Shown piece after piece: positions 33,862-40,461 of a stretch of DNA of 40,461 nucleotides. Under the pieces are notes generated by a model. That model was not told where the DNA came from. It was given only the letters and a program-made list of their open reading frames with translations, and did no database searches. Source of the stretch: a virus (taxonomy: Duplodnaviria > Caudoviricetes); the IMG/VR virus record IMGVR_UViG_3300046055_000006, positions 1-40,461 of that record. One strand, given 5' to 3'. The first letter of the stretch is position 1, and every line of letters starts with the position of its first letter. The position numbers and the translations under genes are program-made.

Positions 33862-35052
33862 CTAGTCCTCTGTAATGTCCTCAAGACGACCGTGAGCGTT
33901 CCGCTGAGTAGTACCCAGCTCCTTGTAACAGCGCATGAACGCCTCCCAAGCGTCGTAATCATTGACCCACTTGAGAACCGAACCATCAAGATCAGCCCAA
34001 TGCCACTCACGATTCCGATAGACCTTGATCTTTCCTTCCTCGATGAAGAACATGGTATTCGGTGGGCAATCCACATCCTCAACCACGGGAATCTCATTCC
34101 CGTAGTTAAAGGCAAGGCCCTGGAAACCGCCCTCAAAGTTCTTCGTGTCGGTGTACCGACGCTGCTGAGTTAGCAGGTTGAAATAACTCCGACGAACACC
34201 CAGGCTCGTAAGGATGACAGAGGTCTTACCACCGTTCTTCCGAACCTGGTCACAAAGGTTAATCATCAGGTTCTCAGAAAGAGCCCGGTTCGTGCCACCA
34301 TTCGAGTCGATTTCACCCTTCCATTGAGGCTGGGAAGCGGGATCGACGTTGTGAAGCACGCCCGAGTCGTTGGTCAGCGTCTCAAGGCCGGAAAGCTCGT
34401 TACCGTAGTTACCGGCACGAACAAAAGCCTCTGAAGTAGTCGTAGAGACTGATTGGTCTAAGGTTACCGTGCTATTCGCTTCATCAATCGACTCAACAGT
34501 CCGCCCAGCCCCGTTTGAAGTGGCGGAACCGTTCGAGGCGTCAACAACGTCCACGATCATCCCAATCTCAAAGTATTGAGTGGAATCGACCGACTGAGTT
34601 GACGAAGAACTGCCAGAACTCACATTGGCAAGGATTCCAGTTCCCGTACCGTAAGCCTGACGGTTGGTATCCTTTTGAAGGTCGTCCTTCAGGTACTCCA
34701 TTTCACGATCCATAGCTGAAGCGAAAGCCTGATAATTCTTCTCGGCTAGCTCCATGACCTGGCCCGTGATTTCACACCGACCGTAAAGGTAATTCAGTGG
34801 AACGTGGACCTCAGCGTAACCCTGCTTACCGGCCTGAGGAAGTTGCTCGTTCTCTTTCCGAGCACCAATTCCATGGTTACGCTTCACCCGGATTGGGAAA
34901 TCAACGTACTTGCCACCGGTCGTCTCAACAACGCCTTCGGAAGTACGCTCGATGCGTTTGATCGCCTTTGTCTCGTTCTGAAGTTGATCCTCAAGACGAG
35001 GCCCGTAGACCTCCTTCATAATGGAATCAACAGTAGCGGTTGTTGCTGGCAT
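33862..35052 (-). CDS. Major capsid protein
   Basis: 396 aa after the scaffold; AAGGAG RBS; D.NRQ.YG.GTG, E..GL and IPVV.D..CP motifs of HK97-fold capsids. Confidence 0.85.
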   Translation of the reverse strand: MPATTATVDSIMKEVYGPRLEDQLQNETKAIKRIERTSEGVVETTGGKYVDFPIRVKRNHGIGARKENEQLPQAGKQGYAEVHVPLNYLYGRCEITGQVMELAEKNYQAFASAMDREMEYLKDDLQKDTNRQAYGTGTGILANVSSGSSSSTQSVDSTQYFEIGMIVDVVDASNGSATSNGAGRTVESIDEANSTVTLDQSVSTTTSEAFVRAGNYGNELSGLETLTNDSGVLHNVDPASQPQWKGEIDSNGGTNRALSENLMINLCDQVRKNGGKTSVILTSLGVRRSYFNLLTQQRRYTDTKNFEGGFQGLAFNYGNEIPVVEDVDCPPNTMFFIEEGKIKVYRNREWHWADLDGSVLKWVNDYDAWEAFMRCYKELGTTQRNAHGRLEDITED

Positions 35053-35061
35053 CTTTGCTCC

Positions 35062-35868
35062 TTAAACCTGACTGCTCTGTTTCAGTAGATCAGCCACCAT
35101 CGACTTCACGTCATTGTTTCCTAAGTTTTTAACATCCTCCGCCTGCTGACCTGTAGCACCACCTCCATTTAACACTGGTGGCTGATCCCCACCAGCAGAA
35201 TTTTGTTCGTTCACGTTTTGTTGAATCAAATCCTTGTAAGCTTTGACTGCATCTTCCCCGGACATTCCATTGGACATTTTGGTAAGGACGTAGTCCTCCT
35301 CAAAATCGCCCATCTCGGTTCTCAGGTTGTTCAGATACTCCTCAAGTTCCTGATCTTCTTTTTGCTGTTGCTCTTGCTGCTCTCGTTCCTGCCAGGTTTG
35401 GTTCAACTGATTGACAGACTGCTCAAGCTGGTCGATCTTATCCAGACGAGGATCGTTCACTTGTTGAGGCTGCTCACCTTGCTCACCTTGACCTTGGCTT
35501 TCGCCACCAGCCTGTTCACCGTATTCCTCGGAAAGAATTTCATAGACTCGTTTCGGGTTCTGGTCGATCATGTTATAGATTTGCTTAGCCCGTTCTAGTT
35601 CTTCAGGTGAACCCAAATCCTCGTAAGGCTTGTATTCCTGCTTAACCTCTTGAAGCTGACGGTTCAATGAAGCATTAAACTTATCGGCTACAGGCTGAAA
35701 GCGCTCCTGATCTTCCTCGTCTAATTCCTTTAAGAACTCGTAGGGATCATCGACAGGTTCTTCAGCCTCAACCTCGGGTTCCCCCGAACCACCGGCAATA
35801 ATCGGGTAGAAGTTGTTCCTCTGCCAATAACCGGGGAGTGAGTCTAATTTCCTCATATGAACCACCAT
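35062..35868 (-). CDS. Capsid scaffolding protein
   Basis: Acidic helical protein with PPVL..GG near the C-terminus, directly before the capsid gene. Confidence 0.75.
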   Translation of the reverse strand: MVVHMRKLDSLPGYWQRNNFYPIIAGGSGEPEVEAEEPVDDPYEFLKELDEEDQERFQPVADKFNASLNRQLQEVKQEYKPYEDLGSPEELERAKQIYNMIDQNPKRVYEILSEEYGEQAGGESQGQGEQGEQPQQVNDPRLDKIDQLEQSVNQLNQTWQEREQQEQQQKEDQELEEYLNNLRTEMGDFEEDYVLTKMSNGMSGEDAVKAYKDLIQQNVNEQNSAGGDQPPVLNGGGATGQQAEDVKNLGNNDVKSMVADLLKQSSQV

Positions 35869-35896
35869 AACCTAACTGCGCCTACAGGCGCAACCT

Positions 35897-36181
35897 TTAC
35901 TGCTGCCTACGGGGCCGAGCACGCTTACGGATTGCGGCCTGGGTCATTCGGCGCGCCTGATCTTGCTCCTGCTCCCTGCTCGCCTTGTTCTTCATCGACT
36001 GCACGACAGCCTTTGCCAGGTCGGATTTGCTGGTGCCCGAGTCAGCCGAACTGTCGTTACTGAAGGCATCCGGGTACTTCTGACGGATTTGCTTGGCTTC
36101 TTCTTCAGAAGCCTTGCCCTCTTTAACGTAACTTACAGCTTCTTCCTTGCTCATTTCTGAAATTGGTTTATTGTGTGGCAT
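35897..36181 (-). CDS. Hypothetical protein (head module)
   Basis: GGAGG RBS and TAATG coupling. Confidence 0.65.
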   Translation of the reverse strand: MPHNKPISEMSKEEAVSYVKEGKASEEEAKQIRQKYPDAFSNDSSADSGTSKSDLAKAVVQSMKNKASREQEQDQARRMTQAAIRKRARPRRQQ

Positions 36182-36399
36182 TAGCCCATTCCTCCCACGC
36201 CGGTCTTTTTACTGTTGTGCTTGTCTTTCAAACGTCTGTCTATTGCCGAGTTTCTAACTTGTGAATTGGCAGTCCTGATAGCCTTGGACTCATCCCCGTA
36301 TTGTTTAAGCGCTGAATTAGCAACCTTGGCCCATTTTCGTTGGCTTTCCTTGGAAAGCCCACGCTTGAAACGCTGAGCATCACCCGGTGACCATGGCAT
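36181..36399 (-). CDS. ChaB-like small protein
   Basis: MPW...QRKWAKVANSALKQYGDESKAIRTANSQV resembles the ChaB pattern. Confidence 0.6.
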   Translation of the reverse strand: MPWSPGDAQRFKRGLSKESQRKWAKVANSALKQYGDESKAIRTANSQVRNSAIDRRLKDKHNSKKTGVGGMG

Positions 36400-36482
36400 T
36401 AGGCATCACCCGTTCCAGCACACTTTTCACATACAGATTTCGTAGCCGAGTTATAACCCGTACCATTACAAGCTTTACACAC
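36399..36482 (-). CDS. 27-aa DnaJ-type (CxxCxGxG x2) Zn-finger microprotein
   Basis: MCKACNGTGYNSATKSVCEKCAGTGDA; GGAGG 8 nt before the GTG; TAATG coupling. Confidence 0.7.
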   Translation of the reverse strand: MCKACNGTGYNSATKSVCEKCAGTGDA

Positions 36483-38451
36483 TACTTTGTCCTCCCTGTT
36501 GCTGAGGTTGCGTTTGAGCCTGACCTTGAGGCCCAAACTGAGCAGAACCCTGCATGTTCTGAGTTTGGTTTTCCTGGGGTTGTTGTGGGATTCCTGGCAT
36601 GTTCGGAGGAATCAACTGACCCTGTAATTGAGCAAGGATTTGCTGGTGAGCTTGGACGTGACGCTCCAAAGCGGCTTTCTGCTGATCGTCTGCCAGCTCG
36701 AATTCTTGTTGTTTGCGGAAGTTGTTATGCTCCATAATATGGACTTCATGGTTATCCCAAGAATTGGGAGCAAAATCATCACCGTTTACCAGCTTCAAGT
36801 TTTCCCGTTGAGCGTGTCGAGGATCAACCTGGCTTTCCTCATACATGCGGCCCGTCTCTGCCATTCCCATGTATTTCAGAGCACGATCAGGAGAAATCCA
36901 ACCCAACTTACCGAGTTCAGTGATGAACGCCTGCTTCGCAGCCATGGACCTCGGCGCAGCAGAACCGGCTTCGACCCTTAGATCAGTGTTGGAGCCAATG
37001 TCTGCACCAGATAACATTTGGCTTTCAAACTGACCATTCTGACCTATTACTCTGATTTTCCTCTGGGCTGTCCAGAACTGCTTAACGTGATTCAAAAAGT
37101 GACGACCCAACTTAGCGATTGCTTCCTCGATGGAAGCAGTAGTCGCAGCCAGAACCGAATCGTCTTCCTCCTGTAAGTAGGAAATCGCTGTAGCAGCAGT
37201 TACACCTGGTGGAGTTGTACCTTGAGTGACCTCATGCTGATAACTAATATCACTCATATCCTGCTGAAGCCTGTCAACCTCCTGCAACACATAATTAGGC
37301 AGTGGCTGAAGTGGAAGTGGCTGAGGAGGATCAAACCCAGGCGTGTAAAAAACAATCAGCCCAGGCTCGGAGGTTACCTTGTTGGGATCGACTGACCCCT
37401 TGGGAGCAATCAACTGAGGCTTCGCCATCCGGTTCTTGGATTCGATAACCTGTGAACGGGTACGATTCAGTTCCTTTTGAACCGGAATCAAATCAGGGAT
37501 AATAGAATCCGCATAAAACTGACCCGTAGGAACGTGGGAAACCTTAGCGAAGGGGTACTCTTGGTGGTTATAAGGCCAGCCTTCATAACTCGTTAGAAGC
37601 TGATCGTCCGTCCAAGCAATTACCGCACCTTGAGGGTGTTTTTTGTTTGGCTTGATCCAAACCTCACGAACCTCTACAAGCCGCTGATTTGAGGAGTTTT
37701 GGCCCCTCAAACCCATAGCGTTCTTAAAACGCTGGTCTAGATTGCCCGCCGAAGAATTCGGACGAACCTGTTTTCCGTAAACTTGCTGCACCCAAGAGGG
37801 GTCTTTTGCAACCACATGAATGACATAGGGCTGGCGTTCTATATCTTCTTCTTGAAGGTTGGGCACAAACAGGTGCCAAGGACTGAGGCTTTCTACCTCA
37901 ATGAGTCCTCTTTGGTTTGTAGCCTTGTCTACAGTGTTAGGAGAAAACCAGTCTTTTACAAAACCCGTACCTGTAGTGACCACCCAGAAGGCAATTTGGC
38001 GAACAACGCGATCCAGTTCCAGGTCTTTCCAAAGGTGCTCAAAAACTGATTCACCCGCACGAGCAGCAAGCAAATCCTGTTCATCTGTGGACGCCGGCAT
38101 GACAAATGCCTGAGGCTGCTCTTTTGTTAGCTTGGCTAGCTCCTTGCGAACCAAGGGCCGAATTTTATTGATAACCATTCTGACTCGCCAACTCGGAGCA
38201 GGAGGTTCAACCATGCGGTCTGCCTGGCCACCAGAACGATTCAGCCAACGAAGGTTCTGGTGACCGTAATAGAAAGCTAAGTTTTGATACCAGATTCGCT
38301 CAAATTGCCAACGTTGCTGCTTACAGTCATTGAAAAGTTGCTCAGCTTCAGATAGAAGTTGCTTATCCTTCGTGCCTTGTAACAGGTTGCCATTACCTGT
38401 GTCCGGCCTGTCTTGGCCCGCTTGACCTAAAGAAGTGAGTGTATCACTCAT
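36475..38451 (-). CDS. Portal protein (P22-like)
   Basis: 658 aa; FYYG.Q, INKIRP, G.GF.K, YPF, DL.P.QKELN..RS, A.AI..LQE motifs and Gln-rich tail. Confidence 0.88.
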   Translation of the reverse strand: MSDTLTSLGQAGQDRPDTGNGNLLQGTKDKQLLSEAEQLFNDCKQQRWQFERIWYQNLAFYYGHQNLRWLNRSGGQADRMVEPPAPSWRVRMVINKIRPLVRKELAKLTKEQPQAFVMPASTDEQDLLAARAGESVFEHLWKDLELDRVVRQIAFWVVTTGTGFVKDWFSPNTVDKATNQRGLIEVESLSPWHLFVPNLQEEDIERQPYVIHVVAKDPSWVQQVYGKQVRPNSSAGNLDQRFKNAMGLRGQNSSNQRLVEVREVWIKPNKKHPQGAVIAWTDDQLLTSYEGWPYNHQEYPFAKVSHVPTGQFYADSIIPDLIPVQKELNRTRSQVIESKNRMAKPQLIAPKGSVDPNKVTSEPGLIVFYTPGFDPPQPLPLQPLPNYVLQEVDRLQQDMSDISYQHEVTQGTTPPGVTAATAISYLQEEDDSVLAATTASIEEAIAKLGRHFLNHVKQFWTAQRKIRVIGQNGQFESQMLSGADIGSNTDLRVEAGSAAPRSMAAKQAFITELGKLGWISPDRALKYMGMAETGRMYEESQVDPRHAQRENLKLVNGDDFAPNSWDNHEVHIMEHNNFRKQQEFELADDQQKAALERHVQAHQQILAQLQGQLIPPNMPGIPQQPQENQTQNMQGSAQFGPQGQAQTQPQQQGGQSSV

Positions 38452-38591
38452 TAAGCGTCCATGACCTCAGGCGCATTAGTTTCCAGCCAACGCTCGTAGT
38501 GAAAATTGCAAAGGATTTGTACCCGACCTTCGTGATCAACAGACGTGGTAGCAAACTCACTACATCGGGAATGATCACAACGAGGATGCAC
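38451..38591 (-). CDS. Small Zn-finger protein (46 aa)
   Basis: MHPRCDHSRCSEFATT...ILCNFHYERW...; TAGTG and TAATG overlaps fill the gap exactly. Confidence 0.65.
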   Translation of the reverse strand: MHPRCDHSRCSEFATTSVDHEGRVQILCNFHYERWLETNAPEVMDA

Positions 38592-38959
38592 TAATACTCA
38601 CTCAAACCCAGTTGCCGAAGGCTTTCAAGTTCTTCCTGAGTAAGGTCGTCTCCAAAACCGTCCAAATCAGCAGCTTCACCAGAACGTTCAAGCTCGGTTT
38701 GGTTGTTCATCCCAGAGCCTTCGCCTTCTACAGCCTCATAAGTTGAGCTTAAACTCTGGTTCATCTGAGTGTAGCTCTGCCACTCCTTCGTCATAGCTCT
38801 GTTCAGAAGGCGCTCCCTCTCCAACTCCCACTTGTTCTTCTCCTGCTGGTGATGAATCATCACTCGATTCAGAAACTGATTCCCCAGATACAGAACCAGG
38901 CAAACTAGTATCGCCATTAGTAGAATGAAACTCAGAGAGATAAGTAAAGCCGTCGACAA
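38591..38959 (-). CDS. Single-TM coiled-coil protein
   Basis: GAAAGG RBS, TTG start, long hydrophobic helix; coupled to the next gene. Confidence 0.65.
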   Translation of the reverse strand: MSTALLISLSFILLMAILVCLVLYLGNQFLNRVMIHHQQEKNKWELERERLLNRAMTKEWQSYTQMNQSLSSTYEAVEGEGSGMNNQTELERSGEAADLDGFGDDLTQEELESLRQLGLSEY

Positions 38960-39221
38960 GTTGTCTCAACCTTTCGTTTTCTTTCTGAAACTCATAAACT
39001 TGGCTAGCCAAGTGCTCCGACCGTTCCTCTAAGTGGCTAGTTCTTTTAGAACTGGCCATTCCAAAGTAAGCAGCGATTTCCTCAACACAAGTTTGGCACA
39101 GGTAAACCGCACCATGGAACTCAATGTTTATATTGGTATCCAGGAAAGCCTCCCGTTTCGATGAACCGCACAGGAAACATTCTCCTGGCAACGCCTGAGG
39201 AGTTTCAACTACTCGATACAC
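38736..39221 (-). CDS. Zn-finger (C-x2-C...YLC-x2-C) plus coiled-coil protein
   Basis: GGAG RBS; CFLCG...VYLCQTCV resembles a ClpX-type treble-clef finger. Confidence 0.7.
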   Translation of the reverse strand: MYRVVETPQALPGECFLCGSSKREAFLDTNINIEFHGAVYLCQTCVEEIAAYFGMASSKRTSHLEERSEHLASQVYEFQKENERLRQLVDGFTYLSEFHSTNGDTSLPGSVSGESVSESSDDSSPAGEEQVGVGEGAPSEQSYDEGVAELHSDEPEFKLNL

Positions 39222-39355
39222 TGATTAGACTCCACTAAACTGTGAGAGGCGAGTTTTTCGGAACCCGTTTTACTGCGCTTACAGGCCCCGGGGCGGCGGG
39301 CTGGAACAGCGCGGGGATTCTATGTGCCAATGGAAACTGACCCAAGTTTACTGAG

Positions 39356-39649
39356 TTACTGAGGCTGGTTCATTTTCTCGGCCGGGGCGGTATAACCCGT
39401 GTCGCCAAACTTCTCTGAGCGCTCCTTGCCTTCACGCGCCTTGTTATCGGCGGCTGCGGTTTCCTCAACTTCAATGTCTCGACGCCGAGGATCACCTGGC
39501 TTCACTTCCTCAGTAACCAACTCAACAGCGCCGTCAGTGTCGTCAACACCTGCACGAGCAAGCTCGCCTCGGGCGCTTTCCAAGCCAACGGAGTAAACCC
39601 GCTGCTTACTTTTATAAACTTCCTTGCCGTTCACAAAAACCCTGAACAT
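39356..39649 (-). CDS. Hypothetical protein
   Basis: AAGGAG RBS favours ATG 39649 over 39685. Confidence 0.7.
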   Translation of the reverse strand: MFRVFVNGKEVYKSKQRVYSVGLESARGELARAGVDDTDGAVELVTEEVKPGDPRRRDIEVEETAAADNKAREGKERSEKFGDTGYTAPAEKMNQPQ

Positions 39650-39668
39650 GCTTACGCTCCTTCGTCGC

Positions 39669-40461
39669 TCACCATTCTCCGCCAAGCTCGGAGTCTATTT
39701 CGTAGGGCTGCTTCGTCCTGGCTTCCGGGTCGACTCGTTCAGTGTAGGGGCTAACTGCCGTGCTCGCTCCTACGTGGTCGAATTTTGGCTCGGGAACCTC
39801 CTTGCCGGAGTCATAATACATGGGCCTGGATGCAACCAGGTACCGCAGCGCGTCGGTTGCGTGGTCGTCCTTCTTCTGGGGCTCCTCCTTCTTGTCCCGC
39901 TTCTCTGCGGCTCGTCTGTCGGACCACTGTGCCCACCTGAGCCTTTGTAGCTCCCAGATTAAGTTGGTGCAGTTTCGGCCTATGTAAAGGCGTGGCAGTT
40001 CCAAGTAACGGGCGACTCGGTTGACTCCGGCCTGAACATCGTTGTTTCCAAGGACAATCGGCACGTTGTAATCAATGTATTCAAGGTGGACCGACGTGCC
40101 TGTCACAGGGTCGGTGTTCCGAATCGAGGGGTCGCCAACGTAGTAATCAGGCACACGGTTGTGTTCCCGGTTCTTTAAGTGAACAGTTTTTGCGTGGTAG
40201 TTAACTAACTGCCCGCTTTCGTAGTGTTCATCATACACAAAGATTCGGCCATCAGGATCAACCGCTGCCCATAACCAACAAGTTGGGTTATTGAAACCGT
40301 GATCCATCGAAGCAACGTGCAACCACTCTGCCGGAGGCAGAACCGGATCAATAACGTTGTGTTCCCCGAACTGCTTGAAAACTAACCCGCCGATTTGGAC
40401 GTACTTGCCTTCTTTACGGGCTTTCTTTTCATCCTTGGTTAAACCCGTGAGGAAGGCTTCC
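39669..40461 (-). CDS. terL: Terminase large subunit, C-terminal nuclease half
   Basis: MDHGFNNPT, YDEHY, VGDPS, C.NLI.EL and DDHATDALRY motifs; frame open to the window end. Confidence 0.93.
   Translation of the reverse strand, partial: EAFLTGLTKDEKKARKEGKYVQIGGLVFKQFGEHNVIDPVLPPAEWLHVASMDHGFNNPTCWLWAAVDPDGRIFVYDEHYESGQLVNYHAKTVHLKNREHNRVPDYYVGDPSIRNTDPVTGTSVHLEYIDYNVPIVLGNNDVQAGVNRVARYLELPRLYIGRNCTNLIWELQRLRWAQWSDRRAAEKRDKKEEPQKKDDHATDALRYLVASRPMYYDSGKEVPEPKFDHVGASTAVSPYTERVDPEARTKQPYEIDSELGGEW
40305..40461. repeat. Imperfect 157-bp terminal direct repeat of 1..157
   Basis: Ungapped alignment with 15 mismatches in the first 103 bp and the last 54 bp identical. Confidence 0.95.

Noticed and set aside
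20448-39950. Numerous + strand ORFs opposite the structural genes (and - strand ORFs opposite the early arm)
   Set aside because: Antisense shadows of well-supported genes with no motifs or RBS.
1-40461. Prophage or integrative element
   Set aside because: No integrase, att-like tRNA fragment duplication or host genes; the ends join within terL.

Overview
The window is an essentially complete, circularly permuted dsDNA tailed-phage genome. The unit length is about 40,304 bp, because 1..157 re-occurs at 40305..40461. It has two arms. The + arm (2306..19723) carries early, accessory and replication genes: RHH and wHTH regulators, many small Zn-finger proteins, SNF2 helicase, tRNA-Leu(UAA), HNH nuclease, Cas4/RecB-like nuclease, AAA_24/Sak4-like ATPase, SSB-like protein, primase-helicase, family A DNA polymerase and RuvC-like resolvase. 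The - arm runs from an XRE gene at 2273 through terS and terL (split across the window ends) to portal, scaffold, capsid, adaptor, nozzle, fibres, ejection proteins, lysis genes and whiB. The layout is podovirus-like (no tape measure, tube or sheath gene recognised) and no integrase was seen. WhiB points to an actinobacterial host. The most notable observations are: a fully synonymously recoded duplicate of a terL segment at the contig ends; a ~375-bp array of 12 TAACAA boxes bounded by a 15-bp inverted repeat; strong over-representation of CTACAG/CTGTAG plus a dispersed element built on it; an in-frame TGA near the end of a tail-fibre gene; a bldA-type tRNA; and several unannotated microproteins. 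Product calls rest on motif recognition only; no database searches were run.
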